In this document: positions 13,173 through 25,467 of the stretch, piece by piece
Layout of the letters: every line of letters starts with the position of its first letter
Position numbering within the stretch: position 1 is the stretch's first letter
Source of the DNA: Torpedo marmorata
Lineage: Eukaryota
Reading direction: 5' to 3'
Assembly: GCA_977017645.1 (NCBI GenBank)
Contig: OZ360220.1
Span: 161,386,001-161,450,000, forward strand
Length of the DNA stretch: 64,000 nt
Notes under the pieces: generated by a model
Told to the model about the DNA's origin: nothing
What the model saw: only the letters and a program-made list of their open reading frames with translations
Database searches by the model: none
Position numbers and translations under genes: made by a program

Positions 13173-14686
13173 CTACTGCAAGTTTGATTTCAGAAACATT
13201 AGCTTGTTGATCACCTCAGGTGACAGCTGCCTCTTCTGCTTTCCTGAAAATGTCTCAAAGTTATTCAGACAGCCACTTCGCACACCAACTGCTGGCACCG
13301 CCAAAAGCCAAAAGGCAAGTTTGGCTAACTTGGGGTGCTTATGAGTGGCATTAGACCAGTAACCAAAGAGATCTGTCGTTTTATTGGGCACAGGTTCCTT
13401 TAGATATTGAAATACTTCCTCTTTTCGCTCATCCTGATTCATCTCTTTGTTTGAGGGAGTTTTCAGGTTTTCACTAATCCCACGCACTCGCTTTCTTGCT
13501 GGTTGAAATTCAACAACATCTTCACAAGATTGCCCGATATCCGAAATCATTTCACACACTCGACTAATGACTTCGTCCTGCTGGTAATGTGGCACTGACC
13601 TCAAATGCTTAGAGTGTGGGTCAAGGACCATGGCTACTTTGTGAGCATTCTCCATTTTGAAGTTCTCCTTCAAAGATTCCAGAAAGAGGTGGCAGAGTTT
13701 GCTTACACTGCCTGCATCATTAGCTTTGGAAGTGAAAAGTTTCTCTAGTCTGATGTAGGTTGGGAGTACAAGCTGCAATGTTGGTTTACTTTCACAACTC
13801 AGTTCTATTACAGCCTGTTTTACTGGAGCCAAAATGGCTGCAAGATTACTCAACAAACTTTTATTGCAATTTTGGAAGTGTTTGAGCTCCTTTCTGCCAC
13901 CGATTAGTTCTCGCAACTGTTCATATTTCTCGTGTACAAGGAGGAGAGAGTCTGCAACAGAATTCCAACAACAGGGAGCCTGCTGCCCTTCAAGAATATT
14001 GGATAACTCTGGAGTGACAGTACCTTGTTCCAGTGAACTCATGATTTGTATGCAGTTACTCACAAGTTCAGTAACTTCTGGCATATTTTGTGCCTGCAAT
14101 GTTCTTTCATTAAGTACACTCCTTATTGTTGAGTTCAATGCACAGGCTGAGCACCGCAGACACATCCCAGCTTTCAACAATGCAGCAGAGCTGACTTTGC
14201 TATCCGTGACATAAATCGTTCGCATCTCTGACATTACAAATTCAGAAAGGACATTCAACACCCACTGATGAACCTGCTCACCAGTTTCTTTCCCATCAAC
14301 CTCTTTAATACCCAGCACATATCTTTTCATTTGCAACCCCTCTACCTGATGAGCTGTTAGAATGTAGAATGACTCTGACCCTACATTCTGACAATGACAG
14401 GTGACACCTATTCCCCAGCAAGCATTGCTTCCAAGTGCACATGTCACTTTCACCTTCACCTGGTTGTACATTCTGGGCAGATGCTTCAGGGCAAGTGTGT
14501 TCATATCGCCAAGGACATCAGCTACAGGAAAGGATCCATAACGTGCGCCAATGTCCACCAGTGTCTGAGCAAGTTTAACGAAGTCTTTCCCATTAATCAC
14601 AGTCAGTGCCTTCAGATCAGCGCACATCACTCTGAGCAACTTTTCAGCAACATGTTGTCGTTCTTTTTCAAGGACTGAGCTATTTA
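13173..14686 (-). CDS. ZNF618: ZNF618 terminal coding exon (hAT/Ac transposase-derived RNase H-like fold and C-terminal dimerisation domain)
   Basis: The 509-aa ORF matches recalled vertebrate ZNF618 C-terminus (LLRVMCADL, LALKHLPRMYNQVKVKVTCALGSNAC, PTLQLVLPTY, LAKLAFWLLAVPAVG, NKLMFLKSN). Acceptor gttttcatttgcag before 14686 in phase 1; TAG stop at 13173-13175. Confidence 0.96.
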
Positions 14687-15012
14687 CTGCAAATGAAAAC
14701 AATTTTTAAGCATAATAAAAATGTCTTCCCAACAAGCTAATCATTTTACAGTAGTAATATGACAATGAATAAATGAATTGGTTAAACTTAGTGAATTCTC
14801 ATTATCAAAAGACAATGGCAGCAAAATTCCCACGAGTATTTTTTATATGCCTACACCTGCAGGTTGAGTCTTGTGAAACAATGGAAAGTACAATACAAAA
14901 TTACCCAGACTTGCACAGTAGTGAAATAACATTGGTACAGGGCAACTTTAGCAAGGAAGATTTATACCAGTTAATCCCATAGATTTATTTTAAATTAATA
15001 ATGAAGTACATT

Positions 15013-15458
15013 GGAAATCAGACTTAGATTTGAATTTAGATAGATTACATGCAGAGTTACGCTCTTGTATACCACTGGAAAAAATTACGTATAACTTAAG
15101 AGACAAATATCATTTCTTTTTGAAAACTTGGAGCCCATACATGAGAATTATGGGTATGAATTAATTCTCTAGAAGTTAGTACCGCTGACAGAAGTAACCT
15201 CCAATATATAAATAGAGTTAGTTTGAAATAGTTTTCTCCTCATACTAACTCTCTTAACTTTATTTCTCATTCTATTTCTTTTCTTTTAACTAACATTTTT
15301 ATATATTCTTTTTTTTTATTAGAATAGTGTGGGAGGGTTGGGGAAGGGAGGGAGGGAGGGAGGGGTGAAAAATGTATCACATGTATTTTGAATAATATAC
15401 TATTTTTTGATTATGTATTTTGTGATTTTAAAAATTAAATAAAATTATTTAAAAAAAA
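15013..15458 (+). mobile_element. 5'-truncated L1-clade insertion with poly(A) and 16-bp target-site duplication
   Basis: TSD aataatgaagtacatt at 14997-15012 and 15459-15474. Encodes ...CIPLEKITYNLRDKYHFFLKTWSPY (L1 ORF2 C-terminus), then G-rich 3' UTR, AATAAA and A-tract. Confidence 0.88.
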
Positions 15459-17019
15459 AATAATGAAGTACATTATAAAAAGATTGATATTCTCAGATTT
15501 TAGACTTTTGGGAGTATTGTACATGGTTTTTAGGTACAAAACCTTGCTTCAGAGCAGGTCAATCTTGTTCAAAGCCCACCTCGATACTTTTAACAAAACA
15601 ATCTTGCTGGGAACACAACCCAGTGTATTTATAGAATTCATCAGAATTTTTCCCCTTGATTTATCAGGTTAATAGAATTTTCTCAAATGGTTAATTTCTG
15701 AGAGATCTGTCTGGGCACTCAGATTTAGATGGGGCTGCAGACGCATTGGAAAATGCAGCTGATCAGCTCGGTGGAGAGTGGAACACAACTAAAACGAAAC
15801 ACATCACCAGTACTGCACAAATATATTTGTTAACAATCAAAGGATTTGAGACACTGTCAATATAATCATGCTTAGTTACAAGCAAAATGAATTCTGCTTG
15901 TCCAAAATCTCCACCTTCTTTTAAAAACGAATGGTAATTTCACCAAAGGTTATGAATACATCCACATTGGGATCAAGAAACTCAAAGTTTCACTGAAAAC
16001 AGAAAAGTTAATAGGTTTTACATAGAATTGCAGCAACTGCAACATCACCCCAAATAGGGTGCATATCACTTTAACATCCAAAGATAGTGGCTACTGTGGA
16101 CAACTTCAGGCTTTGGAGATCAACTAAAACCCATTTCAGATTATCTCTACTCCAAAGCCACTTGAAACACAATGATTTGAAAAGTTTCTTCAAAGGCAAA
16201 TAAAGTTCTTATCTGTTGCTGAAAGATTATTAGTGTTATTTTCACAGCACAAATTAGTCATATATATTATAATGGGGAATGGGGCAACCAATTTAAATTA
16301 TAGGACCTGTAAATTAGATTGAACAGCACAGAATTAGGGCCTTCGGCACAGATAACCCCAACCCCAGTATTCCAATCGCACACGCTCACCTGTCCACAGG
16401 AAACCTACACCATCGGCACTTTCCTGCCATACACACTCATCTGTCCCATCCCTTACCCCGGTCCTCCCTTACCTCTGTCCACCCCCAACACCACTACACA
16501 CGATTATGTTTTGCTCTTCCCTCTCAGTTCTGATATAGGGTCTCGACCCAAAACACCAACATGCATCTTTTCCTCCAGATGCTGCTTGATCTGCTGAGTT
16601 CAATAAGTTCTTCTCCCCAAACAATGCAATGTGCATGAGAATAGAACAGTGAGAACACGGTTGCTTGACTTGCTTGAAAATGTATCCTGAACAAAATGAT
16701 AATTTTGTTAATTTTTAGTTACATATTATATGAACTTTCAGGAAGGTGAGTTGTAGAATTCATTTTTTGTTTTACAATAACAACCATAAAACATCTGAAA
16801 ACCAACACTGTACTATAATGTTTGATTAATATTGTTATTTATTGCTTTATCTCATTTTATTGATGGGTTTTGATTCCTTTAAAAACCAAAATCAAATCAA
16901 ACAAAAAATTAGAAAAGCAGAAACACAAGTTCATTGAGTTACAGTTTAGCTCAGTACTCTTATAATTTGGTACTATTTTGGAAAAGGTTCATCTACTCAT
17001 TTTTGCCATTTTTAAAAGA

Positions 17020-17900
17020 GCCTTGGTCATGACATTGGAGTTCTGCATGCAATGGTGATTGCCACACAAAGGTTCAGAGATTATAGTGGTTTCAAGCATT
17101 AGGAATTTTAGTTTAGATTGGAGGAGCTGAGATTGTTTCTTTCTTTATGATGGGTTTATATGGTGCAAATCAAAACTGCTCCCATTAAGATCTCGCCAAG
17201 AACTGGGGCTCACAGTAAAACGCACAGAGATGTCTAAGACCATAGGCACAGGTAGAAGGTGAGGAGCTAGTTTAGAGGGGAGCGGAGGAAAATTTATGGT
17301 TGATTCCTGAGTGGGTGGTGGGAACTGGCAATCTCACATTTAAACAGCAACTGGACAAGCACTTGAATCTCCAAGGCATAGTAGGAAAGGAGTTTGCACG
17401 GACAGGTGGTTGGCCAAAGAAAGGATAATTACGAAAGAAAACTAGCACAAAATATAAAAAGAGATAGTAAGTTTTAAAAGTTATTTTTAGCAGAAAAGTG
17501 CATGTAAAGTGAACATGGATCCCTTGAAGATGAGAAGCGGAAAGAGGTTCACCAGGTTGATTCCAAAGATAGAGAGATCGAGTTGCCTGGAACTATACTC
17601 GCAACTAGAATTCAGAATAAAGGGAGGGATAAGATAGAGGCAGGAGGTGAGGGTAAAACTAGGGGACATAGCCTAAGATTTAGAATGGAAATGAGGAGAA
17701 ACTGCTTCTCCCAGAGAGTAGTGAATCTGTGGAATTCTCTCCCCAAGGAAGCAGTAGAGGCTGTCTCCTTGTATATGTAAGACACAGTTAGTTTGATATT
17801 TAAGGGAATGAAGTGTTATGGGGGAAAGGCAGATAGGTGGAGCTGAGACCATGGCGGGGCAGGTGGACGATTCCTATTTTTAACGTTCATGTGCTTGTTT
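17020..17900 (+). mobile_element. Degenerate CR1 3' fragments
   Basis: KTRGHSLRFRMEMRRNCFSQRVVNLWNSLP in ORF 17583-17780. Confidence 0.75.
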
Positions 17901-18697
17901 CTGTGCTGCACGATTACGACTCTACAAGATGAAGGGATATGAGGAAAATATTTTAAAATGGAAATAGTAGTAATGATCAAGAACTATTTTTAAAATTTAG
18001 TTCAGAGATACAGCACTGCAACAGGTCCTTCTGACCCACGAGCCGGTGCTGTCATAATGTGGTGGAAATAAAATCAGCCAGATTTTAAAAAGGGGAGGTG
18101 ATCTGATGGACTAAGCATCTTCTTTAAGCTTAGTAAAAATTAGCCTTGGACAATTCAGCTGCAACTGGCTATGACCAGACAATTATGGATATTATGTAGT
18201 TTTGCCCTTGATTATGTTTAGTACTTTCATCTGTATCTTCACTCAAAGCTATTGATTTTATCTACAAACTGTTGTTCAATCATACACATTGAAAGAAAAC
18301 AACTGAAAAATGGGCTTTTCCCACAAAACTGGTCTTTAGCATTCAAACCCTAATCAGGGTACACGAGTATGCTGGGGAAGAGTCGCTTAGACTTCCAGTG
18401 GCACAATGGTAGAATTGCTCCTCCTGGTGGTAACTGTCAAAGTTCTAGTTCACCGTTGTGTATCGACTATAACATGTATAGCCTCTGTAAGGCATAGAAC
18501 ATAGCACTCTGCTTTTGAATATATTAGATAGTTAATGTTGATGAGAGCTACAGTTAGAAAAAGTATCTCACATCCCAGCTTAGTCCCCGCTAGCCTAGTC
18601 ATGTAAGAAATTCAGCACAGGACATCCCATAATTACAGGTGGGGGCTACATCCCATCATTATGGGGGTCCGGTGGGGGTCTTCAGCACAGTACATAC

Positions 18698-18850
18698 CAT
18701 CATTTGCACAGTTACTCTGGCGATGTGCATTCTTCTTCTCTGGAGAAGTAGCAGTTGTAGCAACAGGGATAGTCGATGTTGTAGCGGCAGTATTGGTCGT
18801 CGTACGTGGTGACTGCACTTGCTTAATCGCTATGCTGTTTTCATTATCTG
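18698..18850 (-). CDS. ZNF618: ZNF618 internal exon (ADNENSIAIKQVQSPRTTT...SNCAND)
   Basis: 153 nt, attgtag acceptor, G|gtatgt donor, phase 1-1. ADNEN start matches the mammalian ADNENNI segment after finger 4. Confidence 0.9.
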
Positions 18851-19498
18851 CTACAATAATAGAAAAATCATGGCTAACAAAGACCAGGCAGAATAAAAAG
18901 ATCAACTTAGTGGTCTCAGTTGCTTGGGATACATTCTTCATGCAACTGATGATAACAACCAGAGCTAAAGAATAAAATCTACAGCTCTTCTTAAAATGTC
19001 TGATCATGTCATCTCTTGGCACCATACCACATTTGATTACTTCTGTTCCGACATATAGATAGGGAGGTTCTCCTGCTTATCATCTACCCTGAAGTCCAAG
19101 ACCATGATCATGTGGTGGAAAATGTTTCAACGAACGAGGAACACACCTTAAAAGGTTTTAATAAATCTGGAGCAAATAAACTGCAGGAACTCAACAGGTC
19201 GAGCAGCATCTGTGGAGGGAAAGGAATTGAAGAGGTTTTGGGTCAAGACCCAGCATTAGGACTAAATCTCTTGTTCTCCACATTGTATCCTATGCACAAA
19301 AGTAAACAACTCGCAAAGAAGTTCAAGAGAATAGCGGTTAAATTATTGGATAGGCATTCAAGTGCTTTAACCATAATCAGGACATCCAACTTTGAAACCA
19401 TAATAGCACTTGGGGTTATATCTCCAGTTTAATAAAAAATCTGGAATTCAATGATCCCCAAAAGTGATCACAAAATCCCAGAACAGACCAACATGCTT

Positions 19499-19844
19499 CC
19501 CCCTTTCACACTGCCAACCCTCCAAGGAAGCGGGTAAACTTACCAGGCATGCTGCACTCAGGAGCCTTTCCCACTGCACCATGATTTACCTGGTTAATCG
19601 GCCATCCGGGATTTTAAGCTCCAGCGGTGACAATGCGAGAGCAGGTTGTGCTTTCACACCTCCAGAATGCGATTAGTGAGTTAACTTGGCCGGGCTCTGA
19701 TACTTGCCCCCATCAAGTGTCAGAGCCCGGTTGAATTTAACTCGCCCTGCCCGGTTGGGACGTTTCACACCGCGCGATTACCGGGTACGGACCCGGTAAA
19801 TTACCCGGTTCAACCCACATGTAATCGGCAGTGTGAAAGGGGCT
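19499..19844. mobile_element. PIF/Harbinger-like MITE
   Basis: TIRs cccctttcacactgcc / ggcagtgtgaaagggg and internal repeats of tttcacac and ccggg(t)aa; same family as 54255-55366. Confidence 0.7.
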
Positions 19845-20358
19845 AGTAACTGATACTCTTCAGGGATGGAAAACTGCTTTTCTTGCCTGGTTTTCCTTTC
19901 AAATGCCCCACCCGCTTATTTCAACAGGCGAGTAGCTGGCCCACTAGTGAATAAAATAATGATCATAAATTAATTCCAAATGATGGAAATTTAAAAAATA
20001 TCAAAATTGTTAGTAAAGGCAACATTTACTCCAATTCTAAATTAACTCTCAGCAGGGGGTTTTAGAGATAGCGACACTGTTGTGTGCTGGAGTCTTACAC
20101 CAAATACAATAGATTTCCTTTGCTGAAGGATATTTGTTGGATTTTAACAATGCAACAGTTCCATATTACTATTACTGAGACTAGTCAGTCTTTAAAACTT
20201 CTAGCTTGTTCAATTACCGTATTTGATGGCATATAAGACCCATGGGCATATAGACCACCCCCCATTTCAGCAGGGAATATTAAGAATTATTTTTTTTTAA
20301 TTTTTTTTTTAGTGTATTTAAGGGTAAGCAGAATGTTTTTAATTCAGTTCTCACTCAC

Positions 20359-20630
20359 TTTGTTATGCGGCTTCTCCTCAGCAGGCCGCCCAGCCCCAGG
20401 GTCCCCACTGGAAACCTGCGGGTGTTGGCGAACAGGTTCCTTCTGCACCTCTTGCGCTGCTAGTGGGGGCTGCAGTGGTCACCGAGGAAAGTGAGCGGCG
20501 GCTCCAGAAAGCACGGGCTACCCGAGGGAAGGTGGCCTGCGAAGCTGCGGGCCCACTTCCTGGACAGCCGCCGCACCTCTGCGGGCTTCTTGAAGCTGGG
20601 CGAGTAGCCGGCGACCTGCTCAGCGGCCAT
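20359..20630 (-). pseudogene. DONSON: Captured DONSON exon 1 (pseudogenised fragment)
   Basis: gccgcgATGG Kozak, then MAAEQVAGYSPSFKKPAEVRRLSRKWARS...*QRKRCRRNLFAN, versus recalled human DONSON [28 protein letters not shown]...ARRNPFAR. Ends at AAA|gtgagt donor; in-frame TAG at 20460-20462. Confidence 0.85.
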
Positions 20631-20632
20631 CG

Positions 20633-20790
20633 CGGCAATAACGGACGGACAGCGGGGGATCCCTCCCTCCCTGATACCGGGGCCAGGCGGCAATACCGGG
20701 CAGACAGCGCGGGATCCCTCCCTCCCTGATACCGGGGGCAGGCAGCAATACCGGGAGGATAGTGGGGGAATCCCTTCCTCCCTGATACTG
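20633..20790. repeat. ~50-bp GC-rich tandem repeat (about 3 copies) just upstream of the captured ATG
   Basis: gcggcaata..cgg..acagcgggggatccctccctccctgataccgggg repeated. Confidence 0.8.
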
Positions 20791-21914
20791 AGCCACGCAG
20801 CGACGATGATCATTGTCGGCGTTACTCACCATTATCACCCTAATTTAAACTTTGCATATAAGACCCAGGGGATATTTTTGAGCCAAGTTTTGGGGAAAAA
20901 AGTGGGCCTTATATGCCGTCAAATACGGTACTTGCTAATGACTGCATGCGAGATTTGAACTCATGTGCATGATAATAACTCAATCTAGTTACTTAATTAT
21001 TATGCTACTATACCCAACTGCACAATAGTGCAGTGTTATAGAGCACATTTGCATACTCAAATTTGTGTTACTGCTAAAAATGACGTATAATTTATCGGAC
21101 ATAGAACAAGACAGCACAATACAGGCTCTTTGGCCGACGATGTTGTGCCAAACCTGTATAAACCTACACAATTAATCCTTCCCTCCCTCACAGCCCATAA
21201 ACTTAAAATTTTCTTGCATCCATGTGCCTATCCCAGAGTCTTTCAAAAGTCCCTCCACCACACCCCCGGCACTGCATTCCAGGCACCGATCACTAAAAAA
21301 TCCCACCTCTAACATCTCCCTAAACTTTTCTTCACTTACCTTGTTTCTCTACATTTTGATTTGCTCATTAGATATGCAGTGATAGAAACCCTCAAAACAG
21401 GAAGTTTTTCTGACTCTTGGATTAATTATATTCCAAATGTTTTGGACAATCCCCATTTGTCAGTTATTCTTAGATATTTGTTAATTTGGCAACTGTTTTG
21501 AAAATATGACAAAAAAATGAAGACTCAGAAATTATCTTGTGCCAAGAAGTTCAATGCAACAAACGAAAGGATTCAAGGGATTTGAAGATTACTAAGAGGC
21601 CTGGAATTCTGAAGGATCATATTTACCAAGAACCCACGATCACCTGACTCGCTGTAATGGCTGCTCCAGATGGATATTTAGAGAGCAGGTCCCATATAAA
21701 TATCCCTTATAGTTTAAAAGATTATAATTTCTTAAGAATTAAAGCTATAATCCATATTTTGTTTGCCATGGTCCTTTGCCAAATTTCATTTCATCCAAAC
21801 AATATCCCCTGCCTCTTTCTGAAATCTGGAAATATCTCAGAAATGTATTGATTTTAAATCTAATATCAATCTGTTCAGAAACTAGGGAAGGTTGTCTAAG
21901 AATATAGTGGGGTA

Positions 21915-22705
21915 TAGATCAGCTGGAAAGATGTGTGGAGCAGTGGTAGTACAATTTATTCTGGACAAGTGTAGGGTAATGAACTTCTGGAAGGTCAAAT
22001 TCTGGCAGGACATTTAGACTAAACAGCAGATATCTCAAGGACATTGATGTAGAGGGAATGTGGGGTGAAAATCGATAGGTTGGTGAAAGTGGCACTATAG
22101 GTGGATGAGGTAGTGATGGCAGCATTTGGTGTGTCCATCTTCATAGGCCGGGCATTCAGTACGAGTTGGAACATCATATGTACAAGACATTGGTTTGACA
22201 GCACTTTGAATATTGTGTACAATTTTGGTTACCACACAACAGGAGGGAAGTGATTACAACAATGTGCAGAAGAGATTCTCCAGCATGTGGCCTGAAATGG
22301 AGGGCTTTAGTTCTAAGGAGAGATTGGATAGGATGGGTTTATTCTCCCTGGCTGAGGGGTGGCTTCAGGGAGATTAATGAAATTGAAGGGGCATAGATAG
22401 GATAAATAGTAATTTTTCCCAGGCAGGCAGTCCAGTATTACAGAGCACAGGTTTAAGGAGAATGGGGAGAAATGTAAAGATCTGAGGACCATATTTTTTC
22501 ACAGAGTGGTGGTTATCTGGAACAAACTGCCAGAGCAAGTAGTAGAGCCAGATACAATGACAATGCTTCAAAGGCATTGGGACAGATACCTAGATAGGAA
22601 AGGCAAATGGAACCTCAGGCCTATTGTATGCAAATGGAATTGGCATCGCAGTCGGGATGGGCGAGGTGTCCAAAAAATTCAGTTTCTGTGCTGTACGACT
22701 CTATG
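21915..22705 (+). mobile_element. Old CR1 LINE fragment
   Basis: VVIWNKLPEQVVE..WDRYLDRKG and CR1 tail ttctgtgctgtacgactctatg. Confidence 0.75.
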
Positions 22706-22851
22706 GACCTGGACCCGATCTCTGTTCCTCAACGTTCATTCTTTACATCTGGGCCATACATTAATACTCTTTGATAACTATAGTAACCCATTTATAGTAT
22801 GTTCATATGGAGTGTACCAACATAATAGTCAAGGAAAGAAATTAAACTTAC

Positions 22852-22929
22852 CCGCGTGGGAATTCATGTGCTCTATTAGATTGTTGTAAAACTGGAACTG
22901 AATCCCACATGCCCCACAAGTGTACTGCT
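22852..22929 (-). CDS. ZNF618: ZNF618 C2H2 finger exon (EQYTCGACGIQFQFYNNLIEHMNSHA)
   Basis: 78 nt, cttaag acceptor, G|gtaagt donor; nearly identical to mammalian YTCGACGIQFQFYNNLLEHMQSHA. Confidence 0.95.
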
Positions 22930-24481
22930 CTTAAGTGGAACAAAAAAGATAAAAATCAAAATGATAAAGTCAATGCCATTTTGGGAACATTGTGCTCCCT
23001 AGGATTGCCAATAATGACATATATCGTAATTATAATACCATGTTTCCCTAACTAAAGGGATACACGATAATTTTAACATGGGATGCCAATTTTCCTTTAC
23101 TTCCACTCCAAGCACCAGGAAAGGAACACTAGTGAAGCACAGCGAGGTAGAAGCCTTAAAACATACATGGCAAAAATGTCATGAAGGTGAAGGTGGGGAT
23201 GGGGTGAGGTTGTGGCTGCAAACAGCAAGACCCCTGATTCTTATTATTGAAACCCTATCAACCTGGGATGCTCCTTGACCGTGAAGGTAGCCACAAGTCT
23301 CCCTTGGGTGCTAATGCCAACTTGGTTTAGTCTAGAAGCTGTGGCCAGAGCAGCCTAGGCAGCAGGTGGTGTGTATGTTGCAGTGAGAGCACAAATTGCC
23401 CAAGGCTGAGGAGGCCCCAACTTTGACTCTATGTCACTAATTGTCCTTGTATCTCAAGGCAAGGATGTGGCTTCTGCCTGCCACTCGGCAGACCAGGGGC
23501 AGAGTGACACTGTTGGCACTGCCGGGACTACCTGCCAAAGTACAATAAGATACTGCAGTGAGATCCCCAACAATGGTACAGTGCAAGTCAGGAAATCGGT
23601 GGGCTGGAAAACTTGACACGGGTACAATTAAATAAAACCTCTTCCTTGGCATCCCTTCTAAGGATACAATATTGGCAACCCAAGGGCTCTCAGATGCAAA
23701 CTGCAAACATACACCCTAATCATGACCAGCACACCAGCTTTTCTGTGGAGCAGTGTTAAACAGCACAAGGGGAAGTTTCTACACATTGCTTATAATCCCA
23801 CACAATCAGCCTTGAGATGTTGACCTATATTATGCTAAATAATGACAAAGCTGCTGGAACTAACAAGGATGAAGAGGAAATAAGATAACATTTAAAAAAA
23901 GGGTGGGAAAGATCCTTTGCAAAATTGTCTCTGCTAACAAATTAAATCCAACACTGAAAAGCATAGCATTTAAAATACAGAAATAACCTTTGCATAACTT
24001 GATCAAATAACATTAATGGCCCAAAAATAAAAGTTATAATCTTAAGCAACAATTGGAATTTTCACTTGTCACAATACAATTATTTGTTGGAATCAAATTA
24101 AAAACCAAACAAAATGCTTCCATTGCAAGTACAAACCACCGCTGGATGGTATCATTAGCCAGAGATGCTCGAGTTCACCATTTTACATGTCATGACTCGT
24201 ATTAAGATGCAAAAACAAAGACAAACATTTTTTTCTAGCAAAACCTCAAGGAACAAAGCATTTCCTCCTGAAACGTTAACCCTCCATTTTTATGCCTTAA
24301 AGCAGCAAATAAAAGGACACCTTAGCAAAAAAAAATCCTTAAGTACATAAACATTCAGAAATATAAAGATGCTACATTTCAAATCATTGCTACATAAGAT
24401 TGAGATGCGAAAAATATACTACAAGTTTAGCTACAATAAAATACACATGAATGATTCAAAATTGTACACCTTATAAATTAC

Positions 24482-24565
24482 CTCTAGCTCGGCTATTGTG
24501 TGCCTGCTGCCTTAAGCAGGTACAGTGTTTGTGTTCACTTCCACAGCTCTGACATGTAGAACCAT
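24482..24565 (-). CDS. ZNF618: Probable ZNF618 exon encoding a degenerate zinc finger (NGSTCQSCGSEHKHCTCLRQQAHNSRAR)
   Basis: 84 nt, gttttcag acceptor, G|gtaatt donor, open in phase 1-1. CxxCG start parallels the other fingers. Confidence 0.7.
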
Positions 24566-24738
24566 CTGAAAACATCAAACACATCTACAATGCAAGTTCC
24601 ATAAAATTTCATATGCACAATTAATTTTCAGAAGTTTCTTTTCAAGAACTGTATTTTAATACAGATTACGGTTGTCAACTATTAGACTTCCATTAAAAAT
24701 GAGCGCAGGAACCAACTACAAAGATAATTCAGACTTAC

Positions 24739-24780
24739 TTTTTACAGAAGGAGGATCCGATTTCTGCACACTGGCACCTC
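24739..24780 (-). CDS. ZNF618: Probable short ZNF618 linker exon (GGASVQKSDPPSVK)
   Basis: 42 nt, tttacag acceptor, A|gtaagt donor, open, phase 1-1. Confidence 0.65.
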
Positions 24781-25467
24781 CTGTAAATATTTAGCGAAAT
24801 TAGTGCATTTTACAGGCATTAACATTTCAATGAACAGAGCTATTTTTCTGAAATGTAGCTTTGCTGTAAATGATAAACATGAACTATCGATATTATGCAG
24901 TAAACACCACAAGGTTTTCCAATTTTACAAAATATACCTGCAGAAGCCACTAATAAATTTGCCCATCTTGTTGGGTAGCTAATGGCAACAAATCCATCAA
25001 AATTCAAGAATGCTATTCAAAAACGGTATGAAGACCATTCAGAAACATTTAGAGGTATGTGATTACAAAACAAATGTTGACAATAATTTGGCAATTGCGC
25101 TGTTTCTACAGTGGAAGCCATGTCACTATGCTGCAGTGACATTAATTCCACTTAGTGAAAGGAACAAAATCTGAAAGGAACAATGCTGGGCAAGTTATAT
25201 TGACCCTGCTTCTCCATAACTCACTGAGGTAGTGGAATGGAGGCCAGTTGTTTGGCTAATTTTGCTGCCAGACTGAAATTTAAAGCACAAGCCTAGAATT
25301 TCTCATCTGCCAGCAAAAGAAGAAAATAAACTGCTCAAATATCCAATTTCTGAATTTGAAGGTTTATTATTTTTAACAATTCGCACAACAGCCCTCTTTG
25401 CGAAGATGTTCCTTCACTGCTCCAGTGAGGTGATGTTTTATGTACAAATGTAATGTTTTATACTTAC

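Larger units (their letters stand above)
20217..20928 (-). mobile_element. Non-autonomous Tc2/pogo-type TIR element carrying a DONSON exon-1 fragment
   Basis: TA TSD on both sides; TIR CCGTATTTGA(T/C)GGCATATAAG; GC-rich cargo. Confidence 0.9.

Noticed and set aside
14687-14702. ORF-track start of the 509-aa ORF as a stand-alone transposase gene
   Set aside because: These bases are the intronic polypyrimidine tract and acceptor; the ORF is the last exon of ZNF618.
20359-20630. Being the true DONSON gene
   Set aside because: Premature stop, CpG-decayed motifs, no downstream DONSON exons found, and enclosed by TIRs with a TA TSD inside a ZNF618 intron.
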